Shown here: positions 41,365 to 52,897 of the stretch, one piece after another
How positions within the stretch are numbered: the stretch's first letter is position 1
Layout of the letters: every line of letters begins with the position of its first letter
DNA from: Torpedo marmorata
Taxonomy: Eukaryota
Assembly: GCA_977017645.1 (NCBI GenBank)
Contig: OZ360237.1
Coordinates: forward strand, 9,114,001-9,178,000
DNA: 64,000 nucleotides
Direction of reading: 5' to 3'
The notes under the pieces: generated by a model
The model's database searches: none
Seen by the model: the letters and a program-made list of their open reading frames with translations, nothing else
What the model was told of the DNA's origin: nothing
Position numbers and translations under genes: made by a program

Positions 41365-41473
41365 GAACGGGTGCCCTTTGAGAATATTGCACAGCATCTG
41401 ACAGGAAAAACAGGCGAAGATGTGAAGGTTGGTCCAGGAGTTATTGACCTCACAAGGCCAGAAGATGCAGAAG
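41365..41473 (+). CDS. SOX6: SOX6 internal coding exon (ERVPFENIAQHLTGKTGEDVKVGPGVIDLTRPEDAE)
   Basis: Acceptor ttctttttgcacAG (41363-41364) and donor GTgagt at 41474. 109 nt, phase 0 to 1. GPGVIDLTRPEDAE is characteristic of SOX6. Confidence 0.95.
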
Positions 41474-41615
41474 GTGAGTGGGTGACCCTAAGCCACAGCA
41501 AAATCTTCTTTATTCAATAATGAGTCAAATAAAGTTAGTTTAATTTTAGTAGTTTGACAGTACTTCATTTTTTAAATTTTTAGTTTTTTTCCCCTTCAGA
41601 ATTGTATGTCTATTA

Positions 41616-42517
41616 CCGTATTTTACTGCATAGTTGGACAAGTATATGGATGAGAAGGAAGTGGAGGGTTATGGGCAGGGTGCAGGTAGGTGGGACTAGA
41701 TAGGAATGTTTGGTTCGGTGCGGACTGGAAGGGCCTAATGGCCTGTTTCCGTGCTGTAATTGTTATATGGTTATATGGTTATATAGGACCCACTGGCATA
41801 TAAGACCCCCCCCCCATTTTAGCGGGAAATTTTGGGGAAAATTTGTTTTAGTGAATTTACAGGTAAAACTTGGACAGAACATGCAACTAGGACATCGGTA
41901 AAAATTGTTTTAATAATAATACTGCTGTAATAAACAAGAGAAAACATTTTATAAGAGAACATTAAAACAAGTAACTATCATAAACAAAAACACAATAAAA
42001 CATCAATGTTCTGTAACAAAGACTTTAATCATCTTCACTGCCTGAACATTCATCAGCATCATCACTATCAAAGCCCAAAAACTCAACATCACTACTGCTG
42101 GTATCACTGTCTTCAAATAATGCATCGTCCTCAGTGCCTTCAAGGGCATTACTAATTCCACACTTCTTAAAAGCCTTAACAATAATTCCAGCTCTTACAG
42201 TGTCCCAAGAAGTCTTCACCCACTCACCCTTTTTAGCAGCCTCTAGCCGTTTTTCTTGCTTTCTCCATGCATGTACCACTTTTGCTGTAGGCAGCACTCC
42301 AAAAACTTTAGCTCCTTAGCATATGTTACAACTTTTAGTTTGTATGCAATAGTGTAGCTTGAGCGCTTTCCTCCAGTCACCATCTTGCAGATGAAAGTCT
42401 CCACTACAGTGCCTAAAATGGCGACTCCAAAATGTCACCTTCACGTATAAGACCCGGTTGGTTTTTGAGGCAATATTTTGGGGAAAAAACGGGGGTCCTA
42501 TATGCCATCAAATATGG
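41616..42517 (-). mobile_element. Internally deleted pogo/Tc2-type (POGK-like) DNA transposon, with a CR1 3' fragment (41631-41783) in its left end
   Basis: TA-flanked TIRs CCGTATTTT.. / ..AAATATGG. Minus strand encodes an N-terminal KRSSYTIAYKLKVVTYAK..FGV..WRKQ joined to C-terminal WV..SW...IIVKAFKKCGISNALEGTEDD. Confidence 0.82.
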
Positions 42518-43814
42518 TATGTTCACTGCTTCATTGTGAACATTTTAGAAAATTAATTATTATGGACAGCAATTGCAGTTTTCTGGTTTAAACATGTAAA
42601 ATGAATAAATATACCTGTTTAGTATATTTCTAGATATGCCTATGTGAACTCAAGCATGTACCATCTGATCTGAGAAAAGAAACTTGAATTATTACTCCTC
42701 AAGGCATTTCCAAAGCAGTCTTGAGATCTTGAAGCAGAGGGCAGACAGAAAATTGCTGCTATCACTTTTTACATTAACTCCAAGAAGAAACCTGTTAAAT
42801 CTGGATTCTGACCCAAATTATGCCTCTACATTCCCAACTGATCCATCTGTCTCTACGTCCCCTCTGGTTCATGGGATGCAATGCTCTATGCATCTGCAGT
42901 AGTTTGGAGGAGTAAATGGCAATTGCTTTTTGGATGTTAAAATGATGGCAAAGATTAATGTATCTGATTCCTGTGGACATTATGTGTTGGGAATTTGTAA
43001 GAGTGATCTTATGGGAATGACAATGTTAACATGGTTTGGTCCTTTTGGGAGTAATGTGTTTCTTGATGCTCAGTGGATAAATCTTTCCAAATTCCATGTA
43101 CATCCTGAAACTGTCATAAGTGGGTATAAAGGAAAAGTACATTCAGATCCCAAGATCAAAAGGCCAATGAGTTTCACATTCTTCTCAATGCTTTCAAATT
43201 GAGCATACATTCTTCAAGCGAGGTTTGCAACAACCTGACAATTATAACATCACTTCCTTGATTTATTTACTAAGTGCTAGATATTGGCAATTGTATTACT
43301 GAAGTAGTGTGGGTCAAAAGACAAGAATACTTGGTCCAGGAGTACAAATATAATGTGGTCCACATTTAGAAGGCACAGGTACTATTTACTAGGACACCTG
43401 GGATAGTGAGCTGTTAAAACAGCAGAAATTGAATTTGTTATCACATTCCTGCTTAGGAGCCTTTAACTCTGGAGCTCAATGATCAATGGAAGTGGATAAA
43501 TACCTCATCAATAAATACAAAAATATCTGGAGGCATGACTTGACCCCAGCACATTTCTGAATGAGCAGGAGTGACAGTCAGTCCCCTTTCTTTAACTGAG
43601 TGGGTTTGACTGGCTGAGCAATAGTAAATGCTGTTGAGTGCAGCCGGATCATTCAAGTTTCACTCTTCGGCTCTTCGTTTTCTGTACCTCCCTTTCACCC
43701 ATGCCAGTGGCCAGTGGGATCTCTGTGCTCCTCACAGAGAAACTTTCCATCAACTATGTTAAACTTATCAAGGGGGGTCCCTTTGAAATGGCTGAGTTTG
43801 TAAATAATTCATGG

Positions 43815-44035
43815 AGGGGTGGGGAGCGTCACAGCTGGTGGAGCAAATGCCTCACAGCTCCACCAACCTGAGTTTAATCCTGACCTCCAGTGCTTTCTGT
43901 GTGGAGTTTGCATGCTCTCTCTGTAAATTGGTGAGTTTCTTCTCTGTCCACTACTTTCTTACCACATCGCATGTTGTAGGTTAATGGGACACTGTAAATT
44001 GCCCTTAATGTGTAGGTGAGTGGTAGAATCTGGGA
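43815..44035 (+). mobile_element. Old V-SINE
   Basis: gcctcacagctcc...gtggagtttgcatgctctc...actgtaaattgccc. Confidence 0.7.
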
Positions 44036-44166
44036 AGAAAAATTGAATTAAATTGTTTTATTGTCACTTGTAACGAGGTGCTATATTGATTTTTTTTTTG
44101 TTTTACTGAGATACAGTAAAATGGTTTTTTTGCATGCTATTCACACGTCAACTCATACAGCAGGGT

Positions 44167-44402
44167 AAATTTAAATTTAAATTTAGACATACCGCACAGT
44201 AACCGGCCATTTTGGCCCAAGAGCCCATGCTGCCCAATTACACCCAATTAACCTACAACCCTGGTACATTTATGAACGGTGGTAGGAAACCAGAGTGCCT
44301 GGAGGTAACCCACACAGACACAGGGAGAACGTACAAATTCCTTACAGACAGCGCTGGATTCGAACTCCGGTTGCGCTAACCACTACAATAACCGTGCCGC
44401 CC
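44167..44402 (-). mobile_element. tRNA-derived V-SINE (HE1-like)
   Basis: Same family as 21305-21563. Confidence 0.88.
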
Positions 44403-44454
44403 AATAGTGCAATAATAACAGATAAACAAATAAGTAAAACAACACTGTAGGGAA

Positions 44455-45241
44455 CACTGTAGGGAGCGGAGATTCAGCGCTCCCGCGGGGTCCAGCCACC
44501 CAGTCGACTGCCGTCGGTTCCGCGCGGGCTTTGAACGGCCAGTTAAAGGAGCTGACGGTGGTTTTATTTGAGATCCCGCGACCGCGGGGTCTGCGCCCAA
44601 GATGGCAGCGCCTATTAATCGGCAGCAGCCACGAGGGGCTGCAGACTCCGGGGAAGCGGGGGACTGGAGCAGGGCACCAGTGGACGGGAAGATCACCCCC
44701 GTCTGAGAAGGAGAAGCGGAGGAGACAACCCACGGGACGGTGAGCACAGCGGCGGACCGGTGAGGGGCTCTGAGGCTGAAGGACCAGTGCATGCGGCGGG
44801 CTGCTGGCGACTCGAGGCGAGGAACCCGCGGAGGCTGTGGGCTGCTGGAGACTGCTGTCGGGGGACTCACGACGGGCGGCGGACTGCTGGAGGTTGGCTC
44901 AAACTGGCTGGAGGAGTACCAGGTATCGGAACCGGGATGTGAGGGGGTGCCGAGGGCAACCTGACCATGTTGGAGGTTCGGATCTGGAGCTCGGGATGCC
45001 GATCGTTTGGACTGGACTCTGTGTGGCTGCGGAAGCGCTGGAGGCGAAACTATGGACACTCGGTGACTCTGGGGGGACTCTCGTTTGCTTGCCTTTCTCT
45101 GACTGTAAGGAATGTTAGAGGCGCTTAGGCAATTTCTGCCGATGGCGAATCTGTCTGCCTTGCAGCAGGCAAAAAGAAATTTTGTGGTATATGACACTGT
45201 CTTATTGCTGTGACAATAAATTGAATCTTGAATCTTGAATA
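44455..45241 (+). mobile_element. GC/CpG-rich non-coding retroposon with Rex1/Babar-like tail (copy 1)
   Basis: Colinear homology with 61190-62010. Ends in GACAATAAA(TTGAATC)n. No recognisable protein. Confidence 0.75.
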
Positions 45242-45914
45242 AGTCAAGTAGTGCAGTATATGGAGAAAAGTGCAGTTAAAAACAATACAAGGGCATCACC
45301 CCTTACCAGTGAGAGATCCATTCAAGAGTCTGATCACAGCAGGAAAGAAATGTTCCTTGATTCTGGATGTTCATACTTTCAAGCACATGTATCTTCTGCC
45401 TGCACAGAAGTGGGGAGAAAAGAGGATGACCAGGTAGGATGAGGATGGGTCCTTTAAAATGTTAGCAGCTTTCCCAAGACAGAATGCGATATAGACAGAG
45501 TCAATGGAGGTGGGGATGGGGGGGGGGGGTGATGCCTGAGCCGACTTTACAGCTCTTTGTTGGGAATAGTGTGGGGTTTGCGTAAACAAGTGCTTGAGGA
45601 ACAGTGCTCTGATTGGTCTCTTTCTTTGCAGTTGCACTCTAGGACTATGAAAACACATTCTTAAAGAAATTCAGTAGAAATCTTGTGACTGGTTAAGATA
45701 TTTTTTCTAATTACCGGTAACCAATTATTGCTCCAAATAGAACTTACCCTGACTAGTGCTGAAGTCAACTGACCAGTCAGTCTGTTTTCTCTTGTTTTAG
45801 GATGGCTGACTCTCTTTGCTGAATGTGAAAACAACAGGGGTGGAGGGTGGAAGTGAAGAAGAGATAGTCTAGTTGGAGAGTTTGCCATACTTTTTAAAGT
45901 TAGCATGAAATTGT

Positions 45915-47230
45915 TGAAGTAAAAAGACAATACTGGAGAAACTCAGCCGGTCAAACAATATCCTTTATGTAGCAAAGAGAAAAATACATAACCAACGTTT
46001 TGGACTTGAGCCCTTCATCAAGGTATGGAAAAATGTTGGAAGGCATCCGAATAAAAGGGTAAGGGGGGAGGCGTGGTCGCAAAGGCAGGAGGAGATAGGT
46101 GGAGAAGGGAGGGAGGGCACAGCAGCAAGCAAGGGGAGGAGGGATGGCTAGGTGAATAGAGAGGGAAGGGGTGGAGAGCTGACAGGGGGAAGGGAAGGGA
46201 GGTGGAAAGGAGAGAAGGTTGGCAGAAACTGGTAAAGTCGATGTTAGTGCATTAATTGAAATGGTGGAGAAATGAAATGGTTGTCCACTGGCAGGTCTGG
46301 GATTGTCTGATCTCGGAAGCTAAGCAGGCATAGGACTGGTCAGTACTTGGAGGGGAGACCACCTAGGAACACCAGGTGCTGTAGGTTTCTGTGAGGGGCG
46401 CTGGACAAAGTAGTGACTCTCTGTCAGCCTTACGGTAGACAAAAATGAAAGAATTTCATGTATGTTACATTCTAAATGTAGTATTACGTGACAATAATGG
46501 AACCTTTAACCTTTAATCTGTCATTGATGTGGACAGAGTGAAGGTGATCAACGAAACAATCTCCCAGTCTGCGTGCATTCTCTCCGATGTAGAGAAGGCT
46601 ACAACAGGAGCACCGGATACACCCGCAGATTCACAAGTCAAGTACTGCTTCACTTGGAAGGATTGTTTGGGGCCCTGAACGGTGGTGAGGGAAGAGGTGT
46701 GGGCGCAAGTATAACACTTCCTGCGTTCATAAGGGTAGGTACCAAGGGGGTGATTAGTGGAATGAGTGGACGAGGGAGTGACGGAGGGTGGTCCCTGCGG
46801 AAGGCAGAGAGGGGAGGAGAGGGGAATATGTGTCTTGTGGTGGGATCACGTAGTAGGTGGTGGAAATGGCAGAGGATGATATGCTGGATGCAGAGGCTGG
46901 TGGGGTGGAAGTGAGGACAAGGGGAATCCTGTCCTTGTTGCATTGAGGGGAAGAGGGGGCCAGGGCTGAAGTGTGGGAAATGGAGGAGATGCGCCCAAGG
47001 ACAGAGTTGATAGTGGTAGAAGGGAAGCCACATTTTTTGAAGAAGGAGGATATCTCGGATGATCTGGCATGGAAGACCTCATCCTGGGAGCAGATGCAAT
47101 GGAGACGGAGGAACTGAGAGAAAGGAATGGCATCTTCACAGGGGACAGGGTGTGAAGAGGTATAGGCAAGGAATTGGAGGGTTCATAGAAAATGTCTGTC
47201 AAAAGTTTGTCTCCCAAGATGGAGACAGAG
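45915..47230 (-). mobile_element. Decayed Penelope-like element (RT C-terminus, GIY-YIG remnants, terminal repeat)
   Basis: Homologous to 13873-14677 (ctggagaaactcagc..gtcaaaca; tctccgatgtagagaa; cacttggaagg). Degenerate hammerhead at 45987-46027. Confidence 0.88.
46305..46516 (+). mobile_element. 5S rRNA-derived SINE (SINE3-like), 5'-truncated, nested in Penelope
   Basis: 46305-46388 GTCTGATCTCGGAAGCTAAGCAGG...AGTACTTGGAGGGGAGACCACCTAGGAACACCAGGTGCTGTAGGTTT matches 5S rRNA from ~nt 37 to the end (box A, box C). It is followed by a non-5S body and tail GTGACAATAATGG(AACCTTT)2. Confidence 0.85.
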
Positions 47231-50200
47231 ATAGAGTTGAACTCAAGAGCTGTGTTGTGTTCCTCAGCTGACTAAAATCCAATTTTGCACTCAGCTTGAT
47301 GGGACAGTTTTGCTGTCCCTTTAAATCAGCGGATTACTCCATTGAGCAATGCTGGAGGAGCATTTAACCAGTTCATCTCAATGGTTAAATATATTGTCCT
47401 CTTTATAAAGCTCTATAGGTCCTCTATCTTCAATTAAAAATACATTTGGAGCTCCAAGATTGGTGCTAGAAACTGTCTTTCTTTGTCTCATTTTTTTGCA
47501 GTAAAGCACAAGCACTTGCAGAGATTTTTTTTAAGGTCATGACGTTATATTTGGGCAGCCAGGACTACTTATTGATACAGATCAGTGAAGAAGAAACCAC
47601 ATCACTGGCCTTGGTGGGCAGGTTGAGTGCTCAGCCGTGTGAGACTAGAAAGTCAGGCGGCAGTGTTTATATCTGATAGTGGTTCCAAGGGTCCTGGTGT
47701 AAACCATCTCCTTGGGTAAGCGTTAACACTCTTGGTGCTCCCTCATTTTCTTCGCACCACTATGCACTGTGTCTCCTCCTCCCGAAAGGTTGACCACCAT
47801 AGTTGGCAGGGTTGTACAGTAAAGGCAAAAGTCTGTTTCTATGTTCTCAACCTTTTCTACTCCTCTGGTCATTTTTATGTCTGTGGGCATCATTTGTTCC
47901 ACATTTTAAAAGCACTCTTTGTGCTTGTATATGTGCTTTATCAGTATTTACACGTTCACAACCTTCAGTCTAGTCTACATGACTCTCATGTGAATGTGTC
48001 TGCAGGTATACATTTTAAGAAACTTGTGTCTTTTGCTTTCTGTGTACCTTTATCTCTCACTCACTCTCAGCAGAAAATAATGCGATCACTCAACCACCCA
48101 TTAATCATCTCTCCTGCTTTTCATATCTGTTGAATTGAATATGGTGCGTGCAAACCATTGATCAAAAGTATTACCAGAGCATGAACTTTGTAGAATTTTT
48201 TTTACTTATTTTATATGTTGTGTTTAGAATTCTTATTTTTCAACTGCATACAATCAGTCTTGAATTTTCAAAATGCTTATTATTGTTTTTATTGAATTAC
48301 TGCACTGTTTGTTCAGACAAGTGAGTAAAAATACGCCTGCACATTCAGAGCAGACTCAAACTGTAATACAATTTATTTTCCTCTTACAACATTTAGGTGT
48401 AAACTGTGGGGAGCGCTTGCATGTCAAAAGCAATGTCTACTTTTGTGTTTCTCATCTGTAGCTGCAAAGAGAAACAGTTCCCCCTGTGCCAATATTTGTC
48501 ATGCATAAATATTTGTAACAGTTACCATGGTAGTTTAGAAAAAAAAGACAAGAAACAGTAAATGTTGAAAGTTACACCGGGAACAAGGATAAATATTTCT
48601 GGACAAAAATTTAAACTTTAGATAGCGTGTAGGTGAAATTTTGGAAATGTTATCACACTGAAAAACTGCGGTCAGAAGTGAAGAGTAAGATTTTCCTTCA
48701 TTTTCAGTCATCCGTTTGTCCCATGCATCGGTTCATCCCACAATCATTAGGTCTGTTTTTAACTGCTCAGATGTAAGACATTAACAGATACCACAAAAGC
48801 TTCAGTGAGGTCCTTTGTTCTCTTCCATGTGGTGGGCTGCAAGTCCTGTGCTGCTTGGGTCGCCTGCTTGCTTTAGCTGGCTTTGTCAGGAGGGGGCGGG
48901 TGGGGGGGGGGAAACACAAGACATCCAAGCAGGAAATGGACTAATCCAAACGTGGTTTTTGATAATATTAGACAAATTTTAAAAGGGGCCGATTATCCAT
49001 TATGATGGAATTGACTCCATATGGACTTGGCAATAATAAGTCAATTTTATCCCCCAGGTTTCAATTGATGGTTCAAATTTCCTCATGGCTAAGAATACAT
49101 ACAGAGGGAAACCTTTAACATTCTCAATGATCATGGCTGTTGATTTCAGTTTAGAAGACAAACGTGAAACCAGAAGGTTTTCTTTTCCTCTTAATGTAAC
49201 AATGAAGGAACATTAATTAACTTAATTCAGTGAGGACCTCGTTATTCAAAAACAAAATATGATTTCTTTCTTAGCCAGCCAAATGGCATGGATAGAGTAT
49301 TGCTTAAAAATGCTTCATTACAACTGCATAATTGTTCTTTTGCTCAACAGGACCACTCCTCTCCACGCCTGTCCTGAAAGTGCTGAGTGACTCACGTGGC
49401 ATTTACAGCTGCCAGCCACCCTCAAGTGGTGTGTCTTCCCAGTCAGTCTAGCTAATGAGTGGTCGTGAGCTGTTCAATTATGACAGCCATTGCCTTCAGT
49501 CCCGGTTCAGAGCTCAGCCTGTAATTTTTCCACAAGCACGCACACTTTCATTTAGGGGTCACTGGGCAACAATTAAGATGGGGAACTCTTGCTGATTCTG
49601 TTTCCTCCTCCTTTCCAGTTATGATGATTTGGTACCACCCAGGTGTAGACCAACTAACAGCATTAATCAAGGATCAGAACTAGAACCTGACTGTTTATGG
49701 ATCAGTTTGACTTTGGACAGTTAATTTAATTGCTGAGCTTTCAATTCCACAATTGTAATATAGTTTTGGCACAAGGAAGTGACCCTTAGAAACAGTGAAT
49801 TGCAAGATAGAGCCAAATTATCAATTACTATTCTGTGAAAACACCAAGTGAATTGTTTAAGGAACAGTTAGTTACCTCTCAATTGCATGCAGACTGTGAT
49901 AAATCCACAGTTTATTAATCAATATTTTAATTCCCAATTACTCTTTTCTGTCACTTCCAAATGTTATGTTATGACTCAAATTGAAAGCTGATTAAGCACA
50001 TTTTTATGGATTTTGTTAAAGACTTCAATCTGAAAGCTTTTGAAAAATAAATCCTCAAATCAAAATGTAAATAAATAACATAAAATGGACATTGGCTCCA
50101 AGGCAAAATTATACCGAAGCATTATAAATGATATATTGTCACTTAAAAGAAATGCTGTTTCCTTTACTGGATTACAACAGCTATAATTCGAGATGGTTAC

Positions 50201-50231
50201 AAATCAAATGTACAAAACGAATTGTTTAAAG

Positions 50232-51315
50232 CAGCCATTCTCAAACTTTTTTTGGCTTTGGCCCCCCTGAGGACTCTGTTCAAAGTTTATGGGCCCCCTT
50301 TTCTGTGAAGCAGTCAAGTTTAGTTGGATTCTTCCGTACTTCTCTCCTACCGACTAGAATCATTTAGAATCATTAGAATCAGAACTTATTGTCATGAACA
50401 AATCATGAAATTCGGTGTTTTGCGGCAGCATCATAGTGCAAACATTCATATTATAACCATCTTATGACATTACTATAAAATATATAAATAATAGTGCACG
50501 AAAAGTAAGTCAGTGTCTTTGGTTCATTAATTATTCAGGAATCTGATGGCAGCGGGGAAGAAGCTGTCCTTGTGCTGTTGAGTGCTTGACTTTAGGCTCC
50601 TGTACCTTTTTCCCAATGGTAGCAGAGTGAAGAGGGCATGGCCTGGGTGGTGGGGGTCTTTGAGGACAGAGGCTGCTTTTTTAAGACACCGTCTTGTGTA
50701 GATGTCCTCGATGGAGTGAAGTTTGGTGCCCGTGATGTCACAGGCCGAGTTAACAACCCTCTGGAGTTTATTCTTGTCCTAAGAGTTGGCGCCTCCATAC
50801 CAGGCAGTGATGCAACCAGCCAGAATGCTCTCCACGGTACACCTGTAGAAGTTTACGAGAGTCTTCGTTGACATACCGAATCTCCTCAGACACCTCACAA
50901 AGTATAGCCGCTGGCAAGCCTTCTTTGTGATTGCATCAATGTGGAGGCTCCAGGACAGATCCTCTGAGATGTTGACACCCAGGAATTTGAAGTTCTTGAC
51001 CGTCTCCACTACTGAGCCCTTGATGAGGACTGGGTCGTGTTCCCCTGACTTCCTCCTGAAGTCCACAATCATCTCCTTGGTTTTGCTGACGTTTAGTTCA
51101 AAGTTGTTGTCGTTACACCATTCAACGAGCTGATCTATCTCCCTCCTGTACGCTTCCTCATTGCCGTTTGTGATTCTGCCGACAACTGTGGTGTCATCGG
51201 CAAACTTATAGACTACATATAAAACATAAAAATTACTTTATGATTTCAGTCCATGGCTCTCCTTAAATGTGCTGTGCCCCCCAGGGGGACCATATGGCCC
51301 CTGTTGCGAATGGCT
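50232..51315. mobile_element. hAT MITE (same family as 12556-12800) interrupted by Rex1/Babar
   Basis: CAGCCATTCTCAAAC ... GTTGCGAATGGCT. Internal sequence is colinear with the 12556 copy. Confidence 0.85.
50357..51210 (-). mobile_element. 5'-truncated Rex1/Babar LINE, close sibling of 24082-24898
   Basis: ORF 50779-51072(-) is nearly identical to 24243-24764. GACTA occurs at both junctions (50352-50356, 51211-51215). Confidence 0.92.
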
Positions 51316-51499
51316 TTGGAGGGGAAAAATGCTATTCTGTGCTTTTCTTTAGAGAAAGGTTTCAATACTGTAAATGGAGAAGAATTAGGTGACACACCTC
51401 AGAAGATTATTCCTACATTTACTAGCACTGCACCACTTCTTGAACTGTCATATGGTACACTGATAAATGAATATCAAGGGAGTGAATGCTCTTTCTCTT

Positions 51500-52640
51500 T
51501 TTTATTCAGGGGCGTGGATACCATGTTTCTAACCAGAATAGCATTTATAGCCACTTCTTAATTACCATTGAGAAGATGTTGGTTAACATGTAGATACAGA
51601 AAGTAACCAAAATGGCAAAGAGAGGATTGGTCTTTATTGCTTGAGGGGTGAAATATAAAAGTTGCTATGGCTAGCTACAACTTGACAGGCATTAGTGAGA
51701 TCATTCTTGCAGGAGCACAGGACAGTCTGACCTTCTTATTTAAGGAAGGATATGCCTGCAGGTGCAGCAAAGATTCACTGAATTGATACCTGGAATGAAG
51801 GATAAGGATTAACTAAGAGGAAAGATTGAGCAAGTTGGACTATAGAGTTTTGAAGAATGAAGTGACCTCTTTGAAGAATTGGCAGGAGATATTTATTCTG
51901 AGGGCATATTTCTCTTGGTAATGGCATCTAGAGCTAATGGGCATAAGCTTTGTTAAATGTTTGCCTCACGGTTGAGATGAAGGGGAATTTCTTCTTTCAG
52001 AGAGTTGGGAACCTTTGAACCAAGGAAACAATCAATGCCTTGCATTAAATGTATGCGGTGATAGAATTTTGGAACACTGAATGATGAAATAGGCTCAAAC
52101 AGTAGCAAGGCTTTCCCCTGGATCTGCTTCTTATGAGCCTCCTTCTTGAATTGCTACAGTCTATTTGGTGAATTCACTCACTGTTAGGTTCAAGGATTTT
52201 GGCCCAGAGGTGAATCATATATTTCCACATTAGGATAGTGTGCTACTTCAGGGGGAAATTGGAGATGGTGGTGTTCCCAATCATCTCATTCAAGGTGTGA
52301 TATGGGTTGTGGGTTTGAGAGAAGCTTGCAAAATAACCTTGGCTTGTTGCTGCTGCACACGTTATAAGTGGTACTCAATGCAACCACAGCAGAGAGGGTG
52401 GAATTTATGATGAAAGGGAATTAGGCAAAAAGGCTTCTTTAATCAAGATGGGGTTGAATTTCTTTTGCAATTGAAGCTGTATCAATCCAGGCAGGTGGAA
52501 AATACTCCATCATATTTTTCAGTTGTGCCTTGAAGATGAAAAACATTGAGGGAATTAGAAGGTAATAATATATCAGAATGTCCAGCCTCTGACAGGCTGT
52601 TGGAACTGCAGTTTCTAGTCAATGGTCAATGAATGTTAAT
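51500..52640. mobile_element. Ancient minus-strand L2/CR1-type 3' region interrupted by an old plus-strand CR1 (~51590-52135)
   Basis: agcatttatagccac..taattaccattgagaagatg|gagcctccttcttgaattgctacagtc. The inner part has decayed CR1 RT-end motifs. Confidence 0.55.
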
Positions 52641-52651
52641 GGTGGAGATTT

Positions 52652-52897
52652 CAAGTCAAGTCAAGTCACCTTTATTTGTCGTTCATACCATATACACAGT
52701 AAAGACGAGATAACGTTTCTCCAGGACCATGAGCAAATTTACAGAAATAGAAGTTAAATATTAAGTCATAACACAATAAAAAAATCTATGATATGCTAAT
52801 ACACATATATTTCTAAAAATTGAGGAGCCTGTTGGCTTGGGGGAAAAAAACTGTTGCACAATCTGGACGTGTGGGCCCGAATGCTACGGTACCTCCG
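52652..52897 (-). mobile_element. Short Rex1/Babar 3' end (same family as 22261-23048)
   Basis: (caagt)n cacctttatttgtcgttcat...ccaggaccat matches 22261-22330 almost exactly. Confidence 0.88.

Larger units (their letters stand above)
44045..45570 (-). mobile_element. Old Rex1/Babar 3' fragment hosting two younger insertions
   Basis: Tail ttttattgtcac at ~44056. Body resumes at 45245-45560 (minus-strand FCLGKAANILKDPSS..LFSP..AGRRY). Confidence 0.65.

Noticed and set aside
44376-45197. 273-aa ORF and other ORFs in the GC-rich element (also 61293-61894)
   Set aside because: Pro/Ser/Arg-rich, no recognisable domain, and the frame is not maintained between the two copies. Expected from GC-rich sequence with few stops.
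46305-46388. Functional 5S rRNA gene
   Set aside because: Lacks the first ~36 nt, has several substitutions, is not in a tandem array and continues into a retroposon tail.
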